Shown piece after piece: positions 9,490-18,325 of a DNA stretch of 64,000 nucleotides. Every line of letters begins with the position of its first letter. Position 1 is the stretch's first letter. The translations under genes were made by a program, and so were the position numbers. Below the pieces are notes generated by a model. It was not told the origin of the DNA and made no database searches. It saw only the letters and a program-made list of their open reading frames with translations. This DNA comes from Candidatus Woesearchaeota archaeon. GTDB taxonomy: Archaea > Nanobdellota > Nanobdellia > SCGC-AAA011-G17 > JACPIM01. Location of the stretch: positions 128,001-192,000 of the forward strand of contig CAZELK010000001.1 in NCBI GenBank assembly GCA_964513145.1. The letters run 5' to 3'.

Positions 9490-9729
9490 TTAGAATTTAA
9501 TATGTAATTCTTTCATTAAAGCAGGCTTGTCGAAACCAATTATAATTTTGCCGTTTATTTCTATCACAGGAACACCCATTTGCCCTGATTTTTCAACCAT
9601 TTCCTTGGCTGCATTAATGTCTTTTCCAACATCAATTTCCTTATAATCGATACTCTTTTCTTTAAAAAAATCCTTGGCTTTTTTACAGTAAACACAAGTA
9701 CTTGTTGAGTAAATTAAAACTTTGTTCAT
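9490..9729 (-). CDS. glutaredoxin-like protein (NrdH/YruB family)
   Basis: CVYC redox motif and SGQMGVPV. Confidence 0.9.
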   Translation of the reverse strand: MNKVLIYSTSTCVYCKKAKDFFKEKSIDYKEIDVGKDINAAKEMVEKSGQMGVPVIEINGKIIIGFDKPALMKELHIKF

Positions 9730-9767
9730 GCTAATGAGTTAATAATTTTAATTTATATACTTTTTTG

Positions 9768-10331
9768 TTAACTAAAAGTTATATTGTAAATCTTAAGACC
9801 ATTTCTTTTTGCACTTATGTTGAGTAAATGGTAATCATATTCCTGAGAATTTATAAGATTATAATTTTTAGGATCTTTCAAGGGAAACCCACTATATTCC
9901 AGTTCTTCTTTATCTAAATCAACATAAACTTGCGTTCCTTTCCCTGCACTAGCATACATATCAACTTTTTTTGCATAAAAAAGGACTAGGATACTTCCTT
10001 GATCATCAATTAATTCCATATTTTCTGGATTATTTTTCCATCTCCCAGCCAAATAAGCATTATTTCCAAGCAATGATGCCGGAATTTTATAATCAACAGT
10101 CTGATTCGGCATAAACCATTCATCATTACCTAATTCTGCGTCTGGATGCTTGTAACCAAGAAAAATTTGGGGTGTTATTTTTTTGTTAACTGCTTTATTG
10201 GCTGTTATATTTTTTTCATTTTCTACTGTTTTAACAACAGAATTATTTATTGTGCTGTCATTTGAATAATTATTTGTACAGCCCATGATAAACATTAAAA
10301 TTATTAAATAAACCAAATTATATTTCCTCAT
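9768..10331 (-). CDS. lipoprotein with DipZ C-terminal-like domain
   Basis: Lipobox-like IMGC; TPQIFLGY, YLAGRW, LKIYNITFS resemble the DipZ C-terminal domain. Confidence 0.6.
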   Translation of the reverse strand: MRKYNLVYLIILMFIMGCTNNYSNDSTINNSVVKTVENEKNITANKAVNKKITPQIFLGYKHPDAELGNDEWFMPNQTVDYKIPASLLGNNAYLAGRWKNNPENMELIDDQGSILVLFYAKKVDMYASAGKGTQVYVDLDKEELEYSGFPLKDPKNYNLINSQEYDYHLLNISAKRNGLKIYNITFS

Positions 10332-10385
10332 AATTATTTTGAATATTTAATGCTAAATAAAAATGTTTTGTTAGAAAAATGTCAG

Positions 10386-10437
10386 AGAATAAGTAGGTAC
10401 GGAAAGAGGTGTTGAGAAAACCATACCTACTTATTCT
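10386..10437. repeat. perfect 14-bp inverted repeat (long hairpin)
   Basis: AGAATAAGTAGGTA (10386-10399) and TACCTACTTATTCT (10424-10437). Confidence 0.85.
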
Positions 10438-10528
10438 GTATGACTATTAGTGTTATCAAAAAGAATGTGTTACTCTCCCCCCTAAGAGTATAATATATGT
10501 TGGACTATATAAATATTTTCAAAAAATT

Positions 10529-11122
10529 CTATATACTACTTTTTAGTAGATTTGTTTTTACTTTAATTATGGCAACATAAAGCGTAATAATTAAAATATT
10601 CATGGCAAGGCTTTTTAGAATTATTTCTCTAAAAGCTTTATAAAAAAATATTTCTGGAAAGAAATTAATCAGGTTGTCTGTTGCCGGATCTAATAACCAT
10701 AAATTGTTATTAAATATCAAGAGATGAAAATTATAAAATAACTTATTGAAATTTATTATGTAAGCAGTTATAGTTGTGATCAGCATAAATATCAATGAAA
10801 TTACAAATATTTTTAATAATTCTTTTTGGAATTTATTAATAAAGAAAATAAAAATAAAAATAAAAATATACAAAATAATTATTGTCAGATTAATTATTTT
10901 CTTTACATCATTTAAATGTTCCTTTTCTTTTTGATTGAAAAATTCATCATTAAGTTCATTATTATATTTAAAATAATTAATCAAATTATATGCATATTCT
11001 TTGGAGTTTATTTCATTTGAGAAATCTCCGTCGCTGTAAAAATCATTATTGAAAACAACTAGCCTAAAGTTTAAAAATATGATAATTAAAGCAAATAATA
11101 TTCCTGGCAAATATTTCATCAT
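10529..11122 (-). CDS. DUF1461 / TIGR01906-like integral membrane protein
   Basis: EKEHLNDVK, FYNFHLLIFNNNLWLLDPATDNLINFFPE..F. Confidence 0.82.
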   Translation of the reverse strand: MMKYLPGILFALIIIFLNFRLVVFNNDFYSDGDFSNEINSKEYAYNLINYFKYNNELNDEFFNQKEKEHLNDVKKIINLTIIILYIFIFIFIFFINKFQKELLKIFVISLIFMLITTITAYIINFNKLFYNFHLLIFNNNLWLLDPATDNLINFFPEIFFYKAFREIILKSLAMNILIITLYVAIIKVKTNLLKSSI

Positions 11123-11137
11123 GATTTTTATAAATTC

Positions 11138-11713
11138 TTAAATTAATCCACTAATAAACAACAATATTGACAAGACAAGCAAACTAAAATATATTCTCTT
11201 GCTGCCTTGAATAATTTTCCCACCATCAAATGGAAAAACTGGTATTAAGTTAAATAAAGCAAGCCACGAATTAATATTATATCCATAATTACTTATCAAA
11301 TTCACAGTTTTATTATTTGATATACTTATTATTAAAAATATTACTGCAATAATAATATTCATTAATGGACCAACTGAGGCTATTTTTGCCATTTTTTTAC
11401 TATCAACATTGCCATTTATCACTACACCGCCAGGAGCAGCAAATAGAAACCCAAAAAATGCACTTACTATTGATATAAGCAGCATTTTATTGTCTGCCTG
11501 AAACTCCGCGAAACAATTATATTTTTGAGCAAGATACTTGTGAGCTAGTTCATGCAATAAAAATCCTACACCAACTGTGAAGAATGATATAAGGAGATTT
11601 CCCATTAATGTTTGAAAAGAAAAAATGTTATTAGTTATTAAAATTCCAAAAGCAACTGAGATTATAACCCAAGCTTTTATTATGTCCTTTTTTTCTGCTA
11701 ATGAAAATTTCAT
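11138..11713 (-). CDS. site-2 protease family (M50) metalloprotease
   Basis: HELAH, AGP-like SVGPLMN, NLIPVFPFDG. Confidence 0.9.
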   Translation of the reverse strand: MKFSLAEKKDIIKAWVIISVAFGILITNNIFSFQTLMGNLLISFFTVGVGFLLHELAHKYLAQKYNCFAEFQADNKMLLISIVSAFFGFLFAAPGGVVINGNVDSKKMAKIASVGPLMNIIIAVIFLIISISNNKTVNLISNYGYNINSWLALFNLIPVFPFDGGKIIQGSKRIYFSLLVLSILLFISGLI

Positions 11714-12066
11714 TGGCTTTTATTTATTTCTTTATTATATAGATTATTGTCTAACTTATCCAGGACTATTACTGACGGGAAAAATAAACTGCCATCTTTT
11801 GACAGGTATGAATTAAACTGCTGCCCATTTAGATTTATATTCAACATATACAGACCTTTTTCTTCTTTTAAATCAGTAATTGTAGGCTGGCCTTTGCCTG
11901 CCAAAGCAGTATTTAGAAAATTAATAACTCTTTCTTTTGCCTCTTCTTTGCTTATTAAATTAAAAACTTTAAAACCATTTGTCAGAAAAGAAATTATTAT
12001 TAGAATAATTAATAAGATGCTTAGCCCTTGCCAAAGATATATTTTTTTAATTCGAATTTCCTTCAC
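11710..12066 (-). CDS. hypothetical membrane-anchored protein
   Basis: N-terminal TM; overlaps the M50 gene start by 4 bp. Confidence 0.6.
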   Translation of the reverse strand: MKEIRIKKIYLWQGLSILLIILIIISFLTNGFKVFNLISKEEAKERVINFLNTALAGKGQPTITDLKEEKGLYMLNINLNGQQFNSYLSKDGSLFFPSVIVLDKLDNNLYNKEINKSQ

Positions 12067-12087
12067 TTCAAACTATAATTAGCATTA

Positions 12088-12122
12088 CTATATAAATATT
12101 ACCGCAAAGTTTTATATATAAA
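12088..12122. promoter_or_regulatory. back-to-back archaeal TATA-like promoters for divergent genes
   Basis: CTATATAAATATT and AAAGTTTTATATA about 25 bp from the 12066(-) and 12140(+) starts; the same motifs precede many genes here. Confidence 0.4.
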
Positions 12123-12139
12123 AATAAACTAATTAATTT

Positions 12140-12559
12140 ATGCAGAAGAAATATTTTACGCTTCAAGAAGCACAAGAAATTTTAAATCAAATAAAAAATG
12201 AAATAAAAAGGATTATTGAATTAAAATCTTCTTTAGATTTAATAAATTCAATTGACATTGAATATAGTGATGAATATACTGGAAACTTTGATGAGTTAGA
12301 TTTTACAAAGATGAACAAAGAATTCCATAAATTAGCACACGAATTTTATTCTAAAATTGAGTCTGTAGAAAATAAAGGCTGCGTACTAAAAGATTTAGAT
12401 GAAGGTCTTATTGATTTCTATTCCTTATATAATGGGAAAGAAATTTTTCTATGCTGGAAATATGGCGAGAATTATATTGAATATTGGCATGATTTAGACT
12501 CTGATTTTACTGGAAGACAGCATGTAGACAATTTATTAGCCAATAAAAAATTAAATTAA
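12140..12559 (+). CDS. DUF2203 family protein
   Basis: KYFTLQEA, LKDLDEGLIDF, IFLCWKYGE..IEYWH....F.GR. Confidence 0.88.
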   Translation: MQKKYFTLQEAQEILNQIKNEIKRIIELKSSLDLINSIDIEYSDEYTGNFDELDFTKMNKEFHKLAHEFYSKIESVENKGCVLKDLDEGLIDFYSLYNGKEIFLCWKYGENYIEYWHDLDSDFTGRQHVDNLLANKKLN

Positions 12560-12620
12560 TTTCTGTAAAATTAATTCCTAAAGTTTATATCTTTTTGTGA
12601 ATATAGCTAAAATGAATATA

Positions 12621-12727
12621 TGCTCCCGCCGGGATTTGAACCCGAGTTTACGGCGCGAAAGGCCGCCGTCCCTCGTCTTCCTTTGAATTTTATTCAAAAA
12701 ATTTTGACCGGACTAGACGACAGGAGC
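12621..12727 (-). tRNA. tRNA-Glu(UUC) with an intron of about 32 nt in the D-loop
   Basis: GCTCCTG/CGGGAGC acceptor, GCGGC-CTTTCGC-GCCGT anticodon arm, GGTTCAAATCCC T arm; AT-rich hairpin insert after GGTCA. Confidence 0.9.
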
Positions 12728-12782
12728 ATATGAATCTTCAGATTTGAATAATTTTTAAAGGTTTGGGTTTTATGTTTTTTTA

Positions 12783-13478
12783 ATGTTAAACAATCTAAAA
12801 CAAGATCTTGAAAATTTAAAAAATAAAGAAAAAGCAATTATTCTGGCAAGGTTCTTTAAAACAGGCAAAGGCCAGTATGGAGAAGGAGATCAGTTTCTGG
12901 GTATTGTTGTTCCAATTCAAAGGAAAATAGCAAAAAAATATATAGCTTTAAGTTTAAATGAAATACAGCAACTTCTCTCAAATAATATTCATGAATTTAG
13001 GTTAACTGCTTTATTAATCGTTGTTGAAAAATATAAACAAGCAGATTCAAAATTAAAAGAGGAAATATACAAATTTTATTTAAGCAATACTAAGTTTGTA
13101 AACAATTGGGACTTGGTTGACTTAACTGCCCCAAACATAGTGGGAGATTTTCTATTAGAAAAAGATAAATCAATTTTATACAAATTAGCTAAATCAGATA
13201 ATTTATGGGAGAGAAGAATATCTATAATTTCAACTTTAAACTTCATAAGAAAAAATCAATTTCAGCACACTTTAGAAATCTCAAAAATTTTGCTTTTTGA
13301 TAAGCACGATTTAATCCAAAAAGCAGTTGGTTGGATGCTAAGAGAATTAGGAAAGAAAAATCAAGAATTAGAAGAAAGTTTTCTAAATGAAAATTATAAA
13401 ACTATGTCAAGAACGACACTAAGGTATTCAATAGAGAAATTTACACCAGAAAAAAAATCTTTTTTTATGAAAAAATAA
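12783..13478 (+). CDS. alkD: DNA alkylation repair protein (AlkD family)
   Basis: FFKTGKGQYGEGDQFLG, NNWDLVD, LIQKAVGWMLRE, RTTLRYSIEKF. Confidence 0.9.
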   Translation: MLNNLKQDLENLKNKEKAIILARFFKTGKGQYGEGDQFLGIVVPIQRKIAKKYIALSLNEIQQLLSNNIHEFRLTALLIVVEKYKQADSKLKEEIYKFYLSNTKFVNNWDLVDLTAPNIVGDFLLEKDKSILYKLAKSDNLWERRISIISTLNFIRKNQFQHTLEISKILLFDKHDLIQKAVGWMLRELGKKNQELEESFLNENYKTMSRTTLRYSIEKFTPEKKSFFMKK

Positions 13479-13518
13479 TGCAAAAAATTAATATAATCAA
13501 AAAGCTTGAAATAATTTA

Positions 13519-13995
13519 ATGAAACTTTCAAGTATAGCATTCAGAAATAATAATAAAATACCAGAAAAATATACTTGTGATAGTCAGGGTATTTCTCCAC
13601 CATTAGAAATATCAGACATTCCAAAAGAAGCAAGAAGTTTAGTATTGATAATGGAAGATCCAGATATACCTGATTTTGTTAAAGAAAAGTTCAAGATAGA
13701 TATTTGGGATCATTGGGTTATTTTTAATATTCCGTCAAATACAACAAAAATAGAAGAAAGCAAAAACCCAAAAGGAGTTCTAGGTCTAAATACAAGCAAA
13801 AAATTAAGTTATCAAAGTCCATGCCCGCCAGATAAAGAACACAGGTATTTTTTCAAGCTCTTTGCATTAAATTCTTTGTTAAATTTAAAAGAAGGATCTA
13901 CAAAAAAACAAGTTGAAGAATCTATGAAAAATAATATTATCTCTCAAGCAGTTTTAATAGGAACTTATGGAAGAAATAAGCAAAAACAGCAGTAG
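13519..13995 (+). CDS. YbhB/YbcL (PEBP/RKIP) family protein
   Basis: SPPL, LIMEDPD, WDHWVIFNIP, PCPP...HRYFFKLFAL. Confidence 0.92.
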   Translation: MKLSSIAFRNNNKIPEKYTCDSQGISPPLEISDIPKEARSLVLIMEDPDIPDFVKEKFKIDIWDHWVIFNIPSNTTKIEESKNPKGVLGLNTSKKLSYQSPCPPDKEHRYFFKLFALNSLLNLKEGSTKKQVEESMKNNIISQAVLIGTYGRNKQKQQ

Positions 13996-14048
13996 AAAAC
14001 TATATAAATAAAATACTGCTTATAAATAATAAAAAAGGAGGGTTATTA

Positions 14049-14495
14049 ATGGATAAAAATAATAGGGTTCTCATAGGTGCTGTTTTATTGATCTTTGTCA
14101 CATTATTATCTTTCAATTTAGATACAATTACAGGTCTTTCAACAAAAGACAAAAATATTCCATCTGTTTCTATATCTCCAAAAGTAGTTCAGCCAGGCAG
14201 CAGAATTACAGTTACAGTATGGACTGGTAAATTAGGTATGAATGAAAAAGCCTGCCTTTATGATTCAAATGCAAGAGTTTCTTGTACAAACAATGCTTGT
14301 GCTGGAAATTATAAATGTTATAGTACAGATAAGCAGCCAGTTAGTTTCAATTTTGCCACATCAACAAGTTTAGATTCTGGAGTTTATAGTTTATGTGTTT
14401 GGGATTATTCCCTTGCTCAGGAAAAATTAAGAAAAGGAGATAATTCACAATTAAGAGGTTATGTATGTGGAGAATTCACAATACAAAGCAAATAA
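14049..14495 (+). CDS. exported Ig-like hypothetical protein
   Basis: Signal/TM then ITG motif, beta-rich Cys-containing domain. Confidence 0.6.
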   Translation: MDKNNRVLIGAVLLIFVTLLSFNLDTITGLSTKDKNIPSVSISPKVVQPGSRITVTVWTGKLGMNEKACLYDSNARVSCTNNACAGNYKCYSTDKQPVSFNFATSTSLDSGVYSLCVWDYSLAQEKLRKGDNSQLRGYVCGEFTIQSK

Positions 14496-14517
14496 AAGAA
14501 TGAGGTGCAAATAAAAA

Positions 14518-14982
14518 ATGGAAAAAGACAATAAGGTTTTGTTGGGAGCTGTTCTGATATTATTAGTCGCCATGGTTTCATTTAGTTTCAATGATGCAGT
14601 AACAGGCGAAGTAACAAGCTCAGCAGCTTCAGTATCAGCAAGTCCGACACAAGTTTATTTTAACTTTGATGACCTTGCTAATAGGCCAACAAAAATAGTT
14701 ACAGTTACAGTAAATGTAAGGGAAGGCAGTGTTGAAAATGACATTCAACTTTACAGAGATACTGGTGAAAAAGTTGAGGCTAAAAAACAAATTTGTAAAG
14801 CTTCAGCATCTACATGTAGCAAAGGTGTTTATGAAGTTCCAGTGCAAGTAAGCAGTAGTTTGGAAGAAGGAGATTACTTTTTCAGAGTTAGTGGCAGATC
14901 TTTTGCTAAACAAAACCAAAAAGTATATGACTCAAACAAAATAAATGTAGCAAAATACACTTCGTCTTCAGATTACCAATAA
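14518..14982 (+). CDS. exported Ig-like hypothetical protein (N-terminus paralogous to the upstream gene)
   Basis: MEKDNKVLLGAVLILLV...VTG versus MDKNNRVLIGAVLLIFV...ITG. Confidence 0.6.
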   Translation: MEKDNKVLLGAVLILLVAMVSFSFNDAVTGEVTSSAASVSASPTQVYFNFDDLANRPTKIVTVTVNVREGSVENDIQLYRDTGEKVEAKKQICKASASTCSKGVYEVPVQVSSSLEEGDYFFRVSGRSFAKQNQKVYDSNKINVAKYTSSSDYQ

Positions 14983-15224
14983 ACAACTTTTCTTTATTTT
15001 TTTAATTTTTTAAAATAATAAATTAGAAATATAAAAAGATTTTTTAATTATACTTTCAAATAAAAGAAGGTATTTTTTAATTTATCCAAAAGAAATCATT
15101 AAATCTTATTGTATAACTCTATAAAAATTGAATTCTATAATTTTTTGTTGAGCCCCCACAAATTCTTGGCTTCTGAGATAACATTATCAATTAGAAAGTG
15201 TATTAATCAAACTTTTGGAAGAGT

Positions 15225-15926
15225 TTATCTTACTGTTTTAGTAATATATTTGTCAATAATTTTAATTTCTTTTACTTCAATATAGCCATTATAGTCTCCT
15301 TCCATAACTTTGTCAAAAGAAACTAGCTCTAATCTCTTTGGAAAAAATGGTCCATCACATACTAATGTGTTATAAGGTCCACCCTCTCCTCCAACATGAA
15401 ATCCATATTTTTTTGATGTATTTATAAATTCATTTAAATTTTGTTCATTTAATTGTTTCCCTAACCAGTCTTTTCCAAGCCCGTCAGCAGCCACTTCAGT
15501 TATTCTTATATCATATCCCTTGCTGATCATTTCTTTCATCAGGCTTAAATGATCATACCCTGTATGACTTGCAAAAACATCAATGCCTAATGAAAATAAT
15601 GCATCTCGAATGCTTTTTATCTGGGTTTCTTGTAAACCAATTCCGCCCAAAATAACAGAATCAACAGGATTTGTTTCTACAATTTTCTTGACTATATCTG
15701 CTTCTTTAACAGGATCTGCTTCAGTGCAAGTAGTATAAACTTGTTTTATTCCAAGGAATTCTGCAATCTTTTTGGTTAATTCTACAGTTGCAAAGTGAAA
15801 TAAATAACAGTCAGTCCTGTTTGGCTTCACAGAAATTAAATATTTGATATTCCACTTTTTTTCTAAGGCATATTCTATGGCAAAGGTACTATCCTTTCCA
15901 CCACTATAAAGTATAGCTACATCCAT
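15225..15926 (-). CDS. dph6: diphthine--ammonia ligase (PP-loop ATPase)
   Basis: LYSGGKDS, VAADGL...WLGK, GEGGPYNTLVCDGPFF. Confidence 0.88.
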   Translation of the reverse strand: MDVAILYSGGKDSTFAIEYALEKKWNIKYLISVKPNRTDCYLFHFATVELTKKIAEFLGIKQVYTTCTEADPVKEADIVKKIVETNPVDSVILGGIGLQETQIKSIRDALFSLGIDVFASHTGYDHLSLMKEMISKGYDIRITEVAADGLGKDWLGKQLNEQNLNEFINTSKKYGFHVGGEGGPYNTLVCDGPFFPKRLELVSFDKVMEGDYNGYIEVKEIKIIDKYITKTVR

Positions 15927-16070
15927 ACTCTCAAACAGAGTTCTTTTAATATATAAATATTGGGATATTTGATTTGACTCCAGAAAGCCTTAGAACACTA
16001 TAAGAGCAGCATTTGTAAAAGTTTTTATACAAAAATTTATAAATAAAATCAGCCTTTTTATAACTGTCAG

Positions 16071-17105
16071 ATGGAAAAAACCGGAATAAAAAACCATTCA
16101 AAGTATTTTTTTATTGCTTCTTTTGCTGTGTTAATTATACTGTCAATAACATTAATTTCCCCGTTTTTTACAACAATTTTGGGGAGCGTAATTATAACAT
16201 ATATTTTTTACCCAGTATATAAAAAATTATTTATATGGACAAAAAGCAAAAATATTTCTTCTCTGATAATGTCTTTTTTAATTTTATTATTATTAATTAT
16301 ACCCGCCTTTATAATTGCAAATGCTGTTTTAAAAGAGTCAGTTGGTTTATTTTATAATATAAGGAATATTAATGCACAAATAGAATCATGGAGCAATGCA
16401 TTTTTAATAGATTTTTTTGATAATATTGAAATAGCAAATTACATAAAAGATGCATTGAATAAATTTTCTATAGCTCTTCTTAATCAAACAGATGATTTTA
16501 TAGTTAACTTGCCTGCGAAAATTGTAAACTTCTTCGTGATGTTTTTTATTATATTTTATTTGTTTAAAGATGGAGAAACATTTGTTGAAAAAATAAAGCA
16601 CGAGTTGCCGTTAAAGGAAAAATACAAGCAAAGTCTGATTAAAAAGATATCAGATACATTATATGCTACAGTTTACGGAGTATTGGGGGCAGCTTTTGTT
16701 CAAAGTATTGTTGCAATAATTGGCTTTTATATATTCAAGGTTGATTCTCCTTTATTTTTTGGATTTTTATTATTCATAGCAGCAATAGTTCCATTTTTTG
16801 GTTCTGCATTAGTATGGCTCCCAATTGTAATCTTCAAGTTGGTCTCAGGTGATAATTTTAATGGAATTGGTCTATTAATTTACAGTCTTCTTATAATAGC
16901 ATTTGTAGACAATATAATAAAAGTAAAAATAATTGAAAGAGGCGCTAAACTTCATCCAATTTTATCTTTATTGGGTGTTCTTGGGGGATTGCAGATTTTT
17001 GGTCTTCTTGGAGTTATTATTGGTCCGCTTAGTCTTGCTTTAATGCTGGCTTTTTTCGAGTTCTATTTAATTGAAAAAAAAGAAGCCACATTTATATTCA
17101 AGTGA
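16071..17105 (+). CDS. AI-2E family transporter (UPF0118)
   Basis: FYLFKDG, VPFFGSALVWLP, DNII, LHPILSLLGVLGGLQIFGLLGVIIGP. Confidence 0.92.
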   Translation: MEKTGIKNHSKYFFIASFAVLIILSITLISPFFTTILGSVIITYIFYPVYKKLFIWTKSKNISSLIMSFLILLLLIIPAFIIANAVLKESVGLFYNIRNINAQIESWSNAFLIDFFDNIEIANYIKDALNKFSIALLNQTDDFIVNLPAKIVNFFVMFFIIFYLFKDGETFVEKIKHELPLKEKYKQSLIKKISDTLYATVYGVLGAAFVQSIVAIIGFYIFKVDSPLFFGFLLFIAAIVPFFGSALVWLPIVIFKLVSGDNFNGIGLLIYSLLIIAFVDNIIKVKIIERGAKLHPILSLLGVLGGLQIFGLLGVIIGPLSLALMLAFFEFYLIEKKEATFIFK

Positions 17106-17144
17106 ATCAAAAAATTAATAAAAGGACATTCATAGCTTAATTTT

Positions 17145-17675
17145 ATGCAGATTAAATCTCTTTTAATATTATTGTTGCTGTTCATTAGCATAGTAAATGC
17201 TGGTGAGACTTTTAATTTGGATTTAAAAAAAAGTCCTACTTATTTAATCGGAGTGCAAGAAGGAGATAGAGTAGAATTTGAATTAAATAATTCCAAGCAT
17301 ACCCTTATAGTCGAGAGTATAACTGAAAGCCAAGTTAATCTCGGTGTGTTTACTTATATAAATATTAACAATGAAAATGCGCCTTATTATTCCGGAATAT
17401 CTAAAGATAAATTTTTAAAATTAGACGTTGATAGAAATCAAAAGCCGGACTTATTTGTTATTTATGATAAGTCAAATAAAACTGCTGCAGTATTAAGGTT
17501 TCAGTTGCCTGTTTTGGTAAATAAAGATTTGGAAGTTCTTCCTCAAAGTAATTTTAAAGATAAAAATTATCTGATTTACATTTTTGTTGCTATCTTTGTT
17601 TTATTATTAGTTTTATATTTTGTATTAAAAGGTAAAAGAAAAGAAGAGAACACAGAAGCAAAATCAAATTTCTAG
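17145..17675 (+). CDS. exported protein with C-terminal membrane anchor
   Basis: Signal peptide, C-terminal TM and basic tail. Confidence 0.6.
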   Translation: MQIKSLLILLLLFISIVNAGETFNLDLKKSPTYLIGVQEGDRVEFELNNSKHTLIVESITESQVNLGVFTYININNENAPYYSGISKDKFLKLDVDRNQKPDLFVIYDKSNKTAAVLRFQLPVLVNKDLEVLPQSNFKDKNYLIYIFVAIFVLLLVLYFVLKGKRKEENTEAKSNF

Positions 17676-17719
17676 CATACAAAAGAATTAAAAATAAGCT
17701 AAATTCATATTTTTAATAA

Positions 17720-17846
17720 GGGCCCGTAGCTTAGCCTGGTTAGAGCATTGAAACTTCAAAGAAGTTATGTAGGTCTTATATGGCGACTCTAACAACAAGT
17801 CAATTAGGAAAGCCAAAGGTCGTCGGTTCAAATCCGATCGGGCCCA
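17720..17846 (+). tRNA. tRNA-Ile(UAU) with two introns (about 29/30, 22 nt; 37/38, 30 nt)
   Basis: GGGCCCG/CGGGCCC acceptor; after intron removal TTGGT-CTTATAA-GCCAA anticodon arm; 75-nt mature tRNA. Confidence 0.8.
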
Positions 17847-18280
17847 TTATTTATACCATTTAATAATCTTATAAGTCCGTTTATGCCGTCTCTTTCAGTT
17901 TCATCCCATGCTTTTTTTTCCAAAGATTTGAAAAAATATTGTCCATCTAATTTAAGTTTGCTCATTAATTCTCTGAAATTTTTTAATGTAAAATCGCCAT
18001 GATAATATTCGCCTTTATTGTCAAATAAGAAAAATCTCTTATCTCTGTCAAAATAGATTAAATCAACCTTGACATCCACTTTCTCTTTATTTTTTTCCTT
18101 AATCACTCTTTTCTTAATTAATAAATAAAGAGGCACCTCAGTAAAAAATATATTGCCTATTGAGCATTTAAGTATTCTTGCACATTGAGAATTTGGTCCA
18201 GAAAGATTGTATTTTTTTAAGCAATCAGTATATTCATTTTTCAGTTCATTTTTAACATCTGTCCAATACAAATAAGCCAT
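17828..18280 (-). CDS. hypothetical protein, possible PD-(D/E)xK nuclease fold
   Basis: E..VDL...FLFDNK pattern; 3' end overlaps the tRNA-Ile 3' end antisense. Confidence 0.45.
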   Translation of the reverse strand: MAYLYWTDVKNELKNEYTDCLKKYNLSGPNSQCARILKCSIGNIFFTEVPLYLLIKKRVIKEKNKEKVDVKVDLIYFDRDKRFFLFDNKGEYYHGDFTLKNFRELMSKLKLDGQYFFKSLEKKAWDETERDGINGLIRLLNGINNGPDRI

Positions 18281-18325
18281 AAAAATAATTTAAAGAAAAA
18301 ATATAAAAATCTTGCTATTTTAAAG

